A DNA stretch of 64,000 nucleotides from an uncultured bacterium (GTDB lineage: Bacteria > Patescibacteriota > Kazan-3B-28): the NCBI GenBank assembly GCA_963695435.1, contig OY968788.1, positions 413,456 to 477,455 of the forward strand, written 5' to 3'. The notes under the pieces were generated by a model. The model was not told the origin of the DNA and made no database searches. It was given only the letters and a program-made list of their open reading frames with translations. Numbering within the stretch: position 1 is the first letter of the stretch; the number at the start of each line of letters is the position of its first letter. Below, one piece after another: positions 17,827 to 26,982 of the stretch. Made by a program: the position numbers and the translations under genes.

Positions 17827-19395
17827 ATGAGACGCCGTAAACAGCAACCGCGATTCTCTTTGCCACTAACGATAGCCAGAACAACTGTTGCTAAGAAGTG
17901 GCGAGAGTTTTGGAATCAATTCGATACGCTAACTTGGTTGCTGTTTGGTCTGCTTCTGACTTTTTGCTGGAGGATACCTACAACCGACCCTGATTTCGGC
18001 TGGCATTTGCGTTCAGGGTTAGACCTGCTAAAGAATTTTTTTGTCCCCAAATTTGACCCATATTCATACACTCTCCCCGATTGGCCGTGGGTGAACCACG
18101 AATGGCTGGCTGACGGGTTGGCAGCTCTAATTTACAAAGCAGGTGGAATCTGGGGGCTAAGCTTGGTGTTCGCAATCCTTCTGATAGGAATCTTTTTATT
18201 GGCTGCTTCTGCGACCAAAAAAGTAAAAAATAGATATAAAATATTGGCTGGTCTGGTAGCTATTTTGGCAGCATCACCGATTTTGGGGGTTCGAATGCAG
18301 ATGATTACCCTCTTGGGGATGGTCTGGCTCTTGTGGATTTTATATCGCTATCGTATTGGTGAAATTAAGCACCTGTGGTGGCTTCCTGTTATCTTTCTTT
18401 TTTGGGCAAACCTTCACGGTGGATTCTTAATGGGGTTTGTTGTTTTGGGAATATTCTGGTTAGTTGAGGGTATAAAGTTTATCGTCAAACAGTATCGGCT
18501 GAAGTGGTATAAGTGGTTAAAAATTGATGAGGCGAGTTTGGGTGGACCAAAACTTAAACATCTCCTTCTGATAAGCGGATTATCTTTTCTTGCGACCTTC
18601 ATCAATCCTTACGGCTGGGGGCTGTACTACGATTTTTACAAATTATTTACCAATCCTTTTGCAATAAAGAATATTTCGGAATGGCAACCAGTATCATTGG
18701 CTAGCACCTTGTCGGCGAACTTTACGCTGTATATGATTTTGTTCGCAGTGCTTTTACTTTTGACTTACCGAAAAGTTGAGCCGACTCGCTGGGCGATTAC
18801 GGGTTCATTTTTATGGCTTTCGTTTTTGTATTGGCGTAATCTCCCCTTCTTTATGGTGATGAGTGTTGGTTTTTTGGCGGAAACAATTCAAGAACATACG
18901 CATCTGATTTTTGACTATATAGCCCGACAACGCTGGATACTGGTCAGTTGGGTGATAATTGTTGGAATTATTGTGTCCCAACAGATTATTAGTATTAGTG
19001 ACCGGATACAGTACCCTACTATCGGCTTACAGGCGGCTGGTTATCCTGTGGAGGCGGTGAAATGGATTCAGCAAAACCGCGGAGAATTGGGTGACAAAAT
19101 GTTCAACGAATATGACTGGGGTGGTTATCTCATCTGGAAATTACCCGAATACAAAGTATTTCTAGACGGTCGGATGCCTTACTGGCAGATTGGCGACAGA
19201 TTCCCCTTTGTTGATCATCAGTATGCAATGTCGGCTCAAGCGGGTTCGATTGAAATGTTGGAAAATAAGTATGGGGTGGACTGGTTTCTAATTAGACAGG
19301 GACGACCGTTGGCCGTTGCGTTGTATGGGCAAACTGAAAAGTGGAAAGAAGTATATCGTGACGGAGCAGCAGTGATTTATCGGAAAATTATTTAG
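17827..19395 (+). CDS. GT-C fold membrane glycosyltransferase. Paralog of 1832..3337.
   Basis: Shares the DPDFGWHL loop and the C-terminal EYDWGGYLIWKLPEYKVFLDGRMPYW block with 1832..3337. More than 10 TM helices. Confidence 0.6.
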   Translation: MRRRKQQPRFSLPLTIARTTVAKKWREFWNQFDTLTWLLFGLLLTFCWRIPTTDPDFGWHLRSGLDLLKNFFVPKFDPYSYTLPDWPWVNHEWLADGLAALIYKAGGIWGLSLVFAILLIGIFLLAASATKKVKNRYKILAGLVAILAASPILGVRMQMITLLGMVWLLWILYRYRIGEIKHLWWLPVIFLFWANLHGGFLMGFVVLGIFWLVEGIKFIVKQYRLKWYKWLKIDEASLGGPKLKHLLLISGLSFLATFINPYGWGLYYDFYKLFTNPFAIKNISEWQPVSLASTLSANFTLYMILFAVLLLLTYRKVEPTRWAITGSFLWLSFLYWRNLPFFMVMSVGFLAETIQEHTHLIFDYIARQRWILVSWVIIVGIIVSQQIISISDRIQYPTIGLQAAGYPVEAVKWIQQNRGELGDKMFNEYDWGGYLIWKLPEYKVFLDGRMPYWQIGDRFPFVDHQYAMSAQAGSIEMLENKYGVDWFLIRQGRPLAVALYGQTEKWKEVYRDGAAVIYRKII

Positions 19396-19472
19396 CTGAC
19401 AGATATGTAAAGAATAAACTCACCTGTTGGCGAGATACTTTATCCTAGAGAAAAGTCACGAATTAGCATAAA

Positions 19473-20912
19473 ATGGAATCTGTGAACAATCGAAAATTGT
19501 TAGCACGAACAACTGGAATTTTACTCTTGACTGTAGCGTTGTCAGCTGTGGCAGCTTTGCCTATGTCGGCTTTAGCATTGTCTACGGGTAGTATGGGTAT
19601 ATTACCCGCTCATCCAGATCCGAGTATCCCTCTCTCTAGTAGCTGGTTTTTATATGAAGTGGATCCTGGTGCCACCATTGAAGACGCTGTTCAGATATCA
19701 AACCCCGGTGATAAATCAACTAAATTAAAATTGGAAGGTCTAGATGCGGGGATGAATGATGATGGCGGGTTTGGGTTGGCCAGTTCTTCTGAAGAAAATG
19801 AGGATATTGGCAAGTGGATTACTCTGGAAAGTAGCGAAATCAGTCTAGCACCTAAGGAAAAAAAGATTGTGAAATTTACCGTCAATGTTCCCCTTGATGC
19901 TGATGTGGGAGACCATATTGGAGGGTTGGCTGTATATAAGATGAGTGACGTGGCCGACGAGACTGTTAAGGCGGGCGGAGCTAGTGTGGGTATTTCTACT
20001 CGAGTTGGAGCTCGAATTTATTTGACGGTCAAAGGTGATATTGTCCGAAAGTTAATTTTGAAAAGTAAAAAGTTTTTTAGTCGAGGCAAGACAATGCTCT
20101 TTCGATTCAAGTGGGAGAATAAAGGAAATGTTCGCGCCAAACCAATTGCTAATGGAAAAATTTACGGGATTTTTGGAGTGTATCATGTTGTTGATAATGT
20201 TAGTTTGGGCGAAATTTTCCCCAAAAAGAATGTTGTGAGAGAAGTTGCATTACAAGGGAAGGACCGACCAATATTCGGACCGTATTTAGCGGTTCTAAAA
20301 ATCCAAGATGAATTTACAGGTCTTAACCCCACAAACCCAATCCCGACAACCGAACCGTTTACGGTCTGGATGTTCACCTTCTTCATCCCCTACACTCAAG
20401 TTTTGATTCTATTGATTCTGCTGTTCTTGGTTTGGTTCTTTATGCAACTTAGAAAATGGCGACAGATGATTAATCTTTCAAAAACACCAGTGGCCACTTA
20501 CAAAATAAACAAGGGCGATCATTTGACAAGTATCGCATCTCGGTACGGTGTGAATTGGAAATTGTTGGCAAAACTGAACGAAATCAAACCGCCGTACAGT
20601 CTCGACGGAGTTACCCAGATTTATGTGCCTGACGTCAGAGGCACTCGGCGAAATATCCGTGTCCCCCACTTTTTGACCTATATCACCAGACCATTACATC
20701 ATTTCTTGGTTGATTTTGTTGCTCGCTTCTTAAAGAAAAAGAAGCTATATTACACCATCGTGGTTGATGGGAATGATACTAAAGAAGATATTGAGAAGTT
20801 CACTAAAATGAGTTGGGCGGAAATTGCCAGATATAACGGAATTGGAGCAACTGCTCGTCCTAAAGTTGGTCAGGAACTTCGAATCCCTCACCGCCGACTA
20901 AAATCAAAATAA
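19473..20912 (+). CDS. Surface protein: signal peptide, DUF916-like domain, TM helix, two LysM domains. Paralog of 274..1776.
   Basis: Same architecture and conserved motifs as 274..1776. TM segment WMFTFFIPYTQVLILLILLFLVWFF. LysM blocks YKINKGDHLTSIASRYG... and YTIVVDGNDTKEDIEKF...GQELRIP. Confidence 0.7.
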   Translation: MESVNNRKLLARTTGILLLTVALSAVAALPMSALALSTGSMGILPAHPDPSIPLSSSWFLYEVDPGATIEDAVQISNPGDKSTKLKLEGLDAGMNDDGGFGLASSSEENEDIGKWITLESSEISLAPKEKKIVKFTVNVPLDADVGDHIGGLAVYKMSDVADETVKAGGASVGISTRVGARIYLTVKGDIVRKLILKSKKFFSRGKTMLFRFKWENKGNVRAKPIANGKIYGIFGVYHVVDNVSLGEIFPKKNVVREVALQGKDRPIFGPYLAVLKIQDEFTGLNPTNPIPTTEPFTVWMFTFFIPYTQVLILLILLFLVWFFMQLRKWRQMINLSKTPVATYKINKGDHLTSIASRYGVNWKLLAKLNEIKPPYSLDGVTQIYVPDVRGTRRNIRVPHFLTYITRPLHHFLVDFVARFLKKKKLYYTIVVDGNDTKEDIEKFTKMSWAEIARYNGIGATARPKVGQELRIPHRRLKSK

Positions 20913-20914
20913 GT

Positions 20915-23900
20915 ATGAGGTGTTTGATGGTTACTCGTCACCGAATTACTACACAGCGAGCCATTCCCCCATCATCAATCTGGTGGCTAACTGTACTCGT
21001 ATTAGTGAGTTTGTTTTGTGATTTACCAATGGCTGGTGCAGTAACCAACGACGCCATGATGGTCTATGACACTCAAACGATTACCTCAACTCCAAAGTAT
21101 CAACGATGGAACGGATCATGGGGTGGTGAAGCATCAGCTAACACGACCACTGGAGAGATTAGATACATGGAGCTGAAGTTTTCACCCGTAGCCGACCAAG
21201 CTATTTTAGTAACTCAAGGTAGCAGTGGAGTGTTAGAAGCTCAAGTCTGGACAGGAGGAGGAACTAATAGTTGGGGGGCAATCACGATTATTGGGACAGT
21301 CGGAGCTGGGACATTAGAAGGAGCTGGGATTAATGATGGTGAACAGTTTCGATGTTGGGATATTGAGTATGAACAAGTGTCTGGTGATGCGGTAATTGTC
21401 TACCAAGATGGAACGGCCGATCCAGATTACAAAGTGTATTCTAGTGGGGCTTGGTCTGTTAGCGGATCTGACATAAATATTCTCACTACTGGGGCACCGG
21501 CTTGGATCGAGTTAGCTTCATCACCAGGAGAAGATTATTTAGCGATGATTTCGATAGATGTGACGATTGATGTCTATGGTATGCGGTGGAACGGAAGCGC
21601 TTGGGATGATATGAATAGCGGTGGGGCGGAAGCAATTTGGGACACTGGTGGGTCAATCTATTACCGTAAGAGTATTGATGTGGCATTTGAAACTAACTCG
21701 GCTGATATTTTATTTATGTGGTATGACGCCACCCAAGATGTTCAAAACTACCGCAGATACACTCAAGGCACCACCACACTAGAAACACTGCAAACTCTGT
21801 CTATGACCAACCAAGCTGGGTTGGGTCAGTGGGTGCAATTGGCAGCCGACCCAACGGCTGGTTCGGACAAGATTATGTATGTGGAACAAGATGCGCAGTT
21901 AGACATTTGGTCAGCGTATTGGGATGGTTCAGCTTGGACGGCTGAGACTGTCGCCCATGATGCGACTGTGGAAATTGTGACTAACATGAACTTTGATGTA
22001 GCTTGGGAAACCTATACTGGTCATACTGGTCATTGCTGGATTGTGTATGGTGATGGGGCTGGTACGTCATCTCGACATTGGAACGGCAGTAGCTGGGACT
22101 CTGTCTCCACCACTCCAACTAGTGATGATGATACTGGGCATGTTCGAGTAGCTGTTCAACCGAATGATGGAACATTATTTGCCATGTCGTACGAAACAAC
22201 TGGTTCAGCTAGTGACAACATTGAAGTTTCATCCAATGCCAGTGGTTCGTCAACTTGGGGAGCCCAAAGTGAAATCTGGGCTGGACCGACTGTAACCGAC
22301 ACTGCGACGGTGGCATTAGGTGGCACTTTCCGGATGGCGATTGCGGCGGAGATATACAGCTCTTCAACCGACGCCATGATGGTCTATGACACTCAAACGA
22401 TTACCTCAACTCCAAAGTATCAACGATGGAACGGATCATGGGGTGGTGAAGCATCAGCTAACACGACCACTGGAGAGATTAGATACATGGAGCTGAAGTT
22501 TTCACCCGTAGCCGACCAAGCTATTTTAGTAACTCAAGGTAGCAGTGGAGTGTTAGAAGCTCAAGTCTGGACAGGAGGAGGAACTAATAGTTGGGGGGCA
22601 ATCACGATTATTGGGACAGTCGGAGCTGGGACATTAGAAGGAGCTGGGATTAATAATGGTGAACAGTTCCGATGTTGGGATATTGAGTATGAACAAGTGT
22701 CTGGTGATGCGGTAATTGTCTACCAAGATGGAACGGCCGATCCAGATTACAAAGTGTATTCTAGTGGGGCTTGGTCTGTTAGCGGATCTGACATAAATAT
22801 TCTCACTACTGGGGCACCGGCTTGGATCGAGTTAGCTTCATCACCAGGTGAGGATTATTTAGCGATGATTGTCCTAGACCAAAACACAGATGTCTACGGC
22901 ATGCGGTGGAATGGGAGTGGCTGGGATGACATGAACAGTGGTGGAGATGAAGCTGTCTGGGACACAGCTGCAGCTTTGTATTACCGCAAATGTATTGATG
23001 TAGCATTTGAAACTAACTCCAACGACATTTTATTTATGTGGTATGACGGTGTCCAAGATGTTCAAAACTACCGCAGATACACCCATGGCACCACCACACT
23101 AGAAACACTGCAAACTCTGTCTATGACCAACCAAGCTGGGTTGGGTCAGTGGGTGCAATTGGCAGCCGACCCAACGGCTGGTTCGGACAAGATTATGTAT
23201 GTGGAACAAGATGCGCAGTTAGACATTTGGTCAGCGTATTGGGATGGTTCAGCTTGGACGGCTGAGACTGTCGCCCATGATGCGACTGTGGAAATTGTGA
23301 CTAACATGAACTTTGATGTAGCTTGGGAAACCTATACTGGTCATACTGGTCATTGCTGGATTGTGTATGGTGATGGGGCTGGTACGTCATCTCGACATTG
23401 GAACGGCAGTAGCTGGGACTCTGTCTCCACCACTCCAACTAGTGATGATGATACTGGGCATGTTCGAGTAGCTGTTCAACCGAATGATGGAACATTATTT
23501 GCCATGTCGTACGAAACAACTGGTTCAGCTAGTGACAACATTGAAGTTTCATCCAATGCCAGTGGTTCGTCAACTTGGGGAGCCCAAAGTGAAATCTGGG
23601 CTGGACCGACTGTAACCGACACTGCGACGGTGACATTAGGTGGCACTTTCCGGATGGCGATTGCGGCGGAGATAGCTGAATCGGCAACACTGGGTATCAC
23701 CGCCCCAACTGATGTCACATTAACCACTGGCAATCCGGGAACAACCGTGGATACGACTTTTGGGACTGGTGAAAAAGTGACTCTGACGGATGGCGGCGCG
23801 GGCTGGACTTTGAGTGCACGGATGCTGGCTACTTTGACTTCAGGCAGTTATACGATTCCCAACACTAATGTGTACTTGCGCAAAGACGGAAATGTCGGAT

Positions 23901-24115
23901 CAAGTGATACTTACACGATTTGGTCAGGAACTTACACTAATGTATCCGAAACAAACGCCACCGAATCGCTGGACGCTTCTCGAACAGTTGGCATACGAAG
24001 CAGTGGAACAGGGGGTGATTCTACCGAAGTGCGACCTAGCATTCAATTGGTGATTCCGCCCAGCCAGACACCAGCCTCAGATTATGCTGGCTCAATCCGA
24101 TTTACTGTCATATAG
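20915..24115 (+). CDS. Giant secreted protein: signal peptide, two tandem 440-aa beta-propeller-like units (W-N-G-S-x-W blades), C-terminal WxL-like domain.
   Basis: Internal 1320-bp tandem duplication (21051..22370 and 22371..23690). Each unit has 7-8 blade-like subrepeats (YxxWNGSxW with DGxxxxxVY). C-terminus has GAGWTLSA (WxL) and ends YAGSIRFTVI, like the two small WxL-like proteins. Confidence 0.6.
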   Translation: MRCLMVTRHRITTQRAIPPSSIWWLTVLVLVSLFCDLPMAGAVTNDAMMVYDTQTITSTPKYQRWNGSWGGEASANTTTGEIRYMELKFSPVADQAILVTQGSSGVLEAQVWTGGGTNSWGAITIIGTVGAGTLEGAGINDGEQFRCWDIEYEQVSGDAVIVYQDGTADPDYKVYSSGAWSVSGSDINILTTGAPAWIELASSPGEDYLAMISIDVTIDVYGMRWNGSAWDDMNSGGAEAIWDTGGSIYYRKSIDVAFETNSADILFMWYDATQDVQNYRRYTQGTTTLETLQTLSMTNQAGLGQWVQLAADPTAGSDKIMYVEQDAQLDIWSAYWDGSAWTAETVAHDATVEIVTNMNFDVAWETYTGHTGHCWIVYGDGAGTSSRHWNGSSWDSVSTTPTSDDDTGHVRVAVQPNDGTLFAMSYETTGSASDNIEVSSNASGSSTWGAQSEIWAGPTVTDTATVALGGTFRMAIAAEIYSSSTDAMMVYDTQTITSTPKYQRWNGSWGGEASANTTTGEIRYMELKFSPVADQAILVTQGSSGVLEAQVWTGGGTNSWGAITIIGTVGAGTLEGAGINNGEQFRCWDIEYEQVSGDAVIVYQDGTADPDYKVYSSGAWSVSGSDINILTTGAPAWIELASSPGEDYLAMIVLDQNTDVYGMRWNGSGWDDMNSGGDEAVWDTAAALYYRKCIDVAFETNSNDILFMWYDGVQDVQNYRRYTHGTTTLETLQTLSMTNQAGLGQWVQLAADPTAGSDKIMYVEQDAQLDIWSAYWDGSAWTAETVAHDATVEIVTNMNFDVAWETYTGHTGHCWIVYGDGAGTSSRHWNGSSWDSVSTTPTSDDDTGHVRVAVQPNDGTLFAMSYETTGSASDNIEVSSNASGSSTWGAQSEIWAGPTVTDTATVTLGGTFRMAIAAEIAESATLGITAPTDVTLTTGNPGTTVDTTFGTGEKVTLTDGGAGWTLSARMLATLTSGSYTIPNTNVYLRKDGNVGSSDTYTIWSGTYTNVSETNATESLDASRTVGIRSSGTGGDSTEVRPSIQLVIPPSQTPASDYAGSIRFTVI
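21051..23690 (+). repeat. Two-copy 1320-bp in-frame tandem duplication inside the giant surface gene.
   Basis: Flanks of the units are nearly identical at the nucleotide level. A central stretch of roughly 220 bp (21551..21770 versus 22871..23090) is diverged at both synonymous and nonsynonymous sites. Confidence 0.9.
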
Positions 24116-24153
24116 ACTGGCTTTAGATTCCTTCTGGAAGGTATAATTGGAAT

Positions 24154-25281
24154 ATGCGATTTACCTCTGACCTGATAATTAGCGCTTTGGCCGTATTATT
24201 ACTACTGGCTGGCGCTTTGTGGTTGCCGTTAGTCGGGGCTAGTACTGGAAATATGGGGATGTCTCTGGCTGTTGTTGAAGAGGACGACGGTGGCGGCGGA
24301 AGTGGTGGCGGAGGTGGTGGAAATCCAAATCAACCGTCCACACCAGTTATCCCTGTTGTGCCTGTTGTACCCGTACCGCCGAAAGAGTTTAGATTGGTGG
24401 ATTATGTGCCCAAAGTTATACCTGCATATCGCGATACGCCAATCGTTCTGTACGGCTACAATTTCCCTTCAGATTTCAAAATTGTGGTGAAAGCCAGAGA
24501 TGCAATGTTGGTGGCAGATAGCGCTATGGTGAATAAGAAAACTGTCATAATAGAGGGGGCTGTATTAGAGGCCGTACAATATGTTGTTCCCGCAAAAACA
24601 CTAACGCCGGGTGAGGCGGTGTTGCTGATTCAGGAAGCCGACAAGGCGTTAACTTCTCCGTTACCGATATTAGTGTACGATTCTGTCAAAAGAATAAATT
24701 TGCGGGCGCAGATCGCCGAGCGAACAATTAATATAATTGTTGCTAGTGGTCAGTCAGCCAATGTCACCGTCAAATTTAAAAACATTGGGCTGACCGAATG
24801 GGACTATTTGCTCCAGCCGTTACATATCGGTACCAATAGCCCTCATGATCGGCAATCCCGATTTATTCACAAAGATTGGCCCTATAACAATCGGGTGGTA
24901 AAAGTAAGTTTGCCGCCGGATGTAAAGACGGGCGAAACATTTGATGCCACCTTTCCCATCCAAGCCCCCGTGGTAAAACGAACTACTCGTTACACCGAGA
25001 ACTTTGCACTGGTAGCAGAGGGCATCGCTTGGATTCCCGGTTCTAACTTTACCGTCCGGATTACCGTTTCCGCACCGGTGGCGGAGAAGATAGTAAAAGC
25101 GACTACCCAAAAAACTACGCCGGTACCCGCTGTCAAAAAGCCCGCTGCCCCCTACAAAATTCCTAATACCATACCAGCAACTGCTGTTAAGAGTGGTAGT
25201 TGGTTGAGCGGGATAAAATCATTCCTTGCGCAAGCACTTGGTCTTGTGGGAACATTAGCCAGTAATTTACTCCCTAAATAA
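24154..25281 (+). CDS. Secreted, C-terminally anchored hypothetical protein with Gly-rich and Pro-rich linker.
   Basis: Signal peptide. Linker GGGGSGGGGGGNPNQPSTPVIPVVPVVPVPP. C-terminal hydrophobic segment. Directly follows the giant surface gene. Confidence 0.45.
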   Translation: MRFTSDLIISALAVLLLLAGALWLPLVGASTGNMGMSLAVVEEDDGGGGSGGGGGGNPNQPSTPVIPVVPVVPVPPKEFRLVDYVPKVIPAYRDTPIVLYGYNFPSDFKIVVKARDAMLVADSAMVNKKTVIIEGAVLEAVQYVVPAKTLTPGEAVLLIQEADKALTSPLPILVYDSVKRINLRAQIAERTINIIVASGQSANVTVKFKNIGLTEWDYLLQPLHIGTNSPHDRQSRFIHKDWPYNNRVVKVSLPPDVKTGETFDATFPIQAPVVKRTTRYTENFALVAEGIAWIPGSNFTVRITVSAPVAEKIVKATTQKTTPVPAVKKPAAPYKIPNTIPATAVKSGSWLSGIKSFLAQALGLVGTLASNLLPK

Positions 25282-26306
25282 TGTTTCGAAATATGAAAGG
25301 GGTTAATTGGAGTATATTTTTGCTGGTGGCGGCCGTCTTTGTCGGCGCCGGACTTTGGTATGCGGCTGTCAGACCGGGGTTGGAAGAAAATGGCGTTCTG
25401 CCTACTGGTGATTCTAGTATCACGGTGATTGCTGGCGGAGATGTGAATCTGGGGCGACAGACCGGACAGAAAATTTTGGCTGGTGATATCAATTACCCAT
25501 TTGCGAATATGGGTGATACTTTGAAAAATGCTGATGTGGCATTTGTGAATTTGGAAAGTCAGCTGGCTGATTTGGGCGATGAAACTCAATCCCCCACTTC
25601 CGAATACCGCTTTGCCGGTCCGCCAGAAGGAGCGCAAAGTTTAGCAAACGCAGGAATTGATGTTGTATCTCTTGCCAACAATCATATGTGGGATTACGGC
25701 AAAGCGCGGCTGGAAGAAACCATAAGTGCGTTGACCGCTATGAACATTAAATATGTCGGTGCCAATATGGACACAGAAAAAGTTTGGGAACCTGTAATTA
25801 CCGAAGTAAAAGGCAAAAAAATCGCATGGCTGGCAATGACCAACTTGTTGAACGGATACGAAAACGCTGGTGCAAGTAAATATGTCGCGTTTCAGGATGG
25901 CGCAAAGCTAATTGAAGAAATAGGAAAAATAAAAGACAGTGTCGATTGGGTTTTTGTTTCACTGCATAGCGGAGCGGAATATGCTGAAAATCCAAGCTCG
26001 GCGTTGGAAACAATGGCACACGATTTGGTTGATGCAGGTGCAGATGCAGTGTTGGCGGGGCACCCGCATGTACCGCAAAAGATTGAGGTTTATAACGAAA
26101 AACCAATTTTCTATTCCCTCGGTAATTTTGCTTTCTGGCAACCGTTTTCTTTTTGGACACAAAATAGCTTTCTCGCCAAATTAAAACTTACCGAACCACA
26201 CAAAGTGGCGTATGAAGTTATTCCCATTGCCGCCGGCTGGCAACCCTCGCTCCTCACGGATAGTGATGCCATTGCCCAACTAATGGAAAGGATTGTGCCA
26301 CAATGA
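25281..26306 (+). CDS. CapA/PgsA-family metallophosphatase (poly-gamma-glutamate capsule synthesis-type).
   Basis: N-terminal signal anchor. Metallophosphoesterase motifs (GDVNLGRQ, ANNHMWDYG, GHPHVPQ). Membrane-anchored with an extracytoplasmic domain. Confidence 0.7.
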   Translation: MFRNMKGVNWSIFLLVAAVFVGAGLWYAAVRPGLEENGVLPTGDSSITVIAGGDVNLGRQTGQKILAGDINYPFANMGDTLKNADVAFVNLESQLADLGDETQSPTSEYRFAGPPEGAQSLANAGIDVVSLANNHMWDYGKARLEETISALTAMNIKYVGANMDTEKVWEPVITEVKGKKIAWLAMTNLLNGYENAGASKYVAFQDGAKLIEEIGKIKDSVDWVFVSLHSGAEYAENPSSALETMAHDLVDAGADAVLAGHPHVPQKIEVYNEKPIFYSLGNFAFWQPFSFWTQNSFLAKLKLTEPHKVAYEVIPIAAGWQPSLLTDSDAIAQLMERIVPQ

Positions 26307-26941
26307 ACATTCAAGAAATCCTAACTCAACGGCAAAAACTGTTGAAAAAAATACACCAGCTTGAGAAGATCGCGTTTTTTGATCAACTTACAGGTTTGCC
26401 CAATCGCCATGCCTTGGCAGCTGACCTCGTAAAACTCCCTCACGGTCGGACCAAAAGAAGGGGTCGGTTCTTGGGGGTACTTCTGCTTGATATTGACTGG
26501 TTCAAGCCTATCAACGATAAATTCGGGCATCTTACTGGTGACAAAGTACTAAAAAAAGCGGCCAAAATTATTGATGACAGTACTCGAAAAACATTGTTTC
26601 GTTCTGGCGACAAAGTCTACCGCTTTGGGGGCGAGGAGTTCGTGGTTATATTGCTCGGAGTTTCACTTAAGGGTATCTGGGTAATAGCTGAAAGAATTCG
26701 CAAAAATATCGCGAAAAATTTGGTAAAAGAATTTCCTGATATCAAGAAGGTAAGAAGTCGAATCACTATTTCTGTCGGGGGGAAAACCTACGATTTAATG
26801 GAGCTGCAGAAGCAAGCGCTAACCGTGGATCAACTGCAACAGCATCTCGTTGCTGAACCAGATGACTATTTGTACAAAGCTAAAAATTTGGGCAGAAATC
26901 GGATTGTCATAAACGGCAAAAGTTCCCGTCTGCCGTCTTAA
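26303..26941 (+). CDS. GGDEF-domain diguanylate cyclase with N-terminal coiled-coil.
   Basis: LTGLPNRHAL, LLDIDWFKPINDKFGH, RFGGEEFVVIL (GGEEF active-site motif). Confidence 0.8.
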   Translation: MNIQEILTQRQKLLKKIHQLEKIAFFDQLTGLPNRHALAADLVKLPHGRTKRRGRFLGVLLLDIDWFKPINDKFGHLTGDKVLKKAAKIIDDSTRKTLFRSGDKVYRFGGEEFVVILLGVSLKGIWVIAERIRKNIAKNLVKEFPDIKKVRSRITISVGGKTYDLMELQKQALTVDQLQQHLVAEPDDYLYKAKNLGRNRIVINGKSSRLPS

Positions 26942-26982
26942 GCCTACTAGGCGAGAATGCGAGGGAGGGATAGAATTGGGTC

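Noticed and set aside
20915-24115. Possible CRISPR array suggested by large, regularly spaced near-identical repeats.
   Set aside because: The repeats are 1320-bp in-frame coding duplications inside one ORF. There are no short direct repeats with unique spacers and no cas genes in the window.
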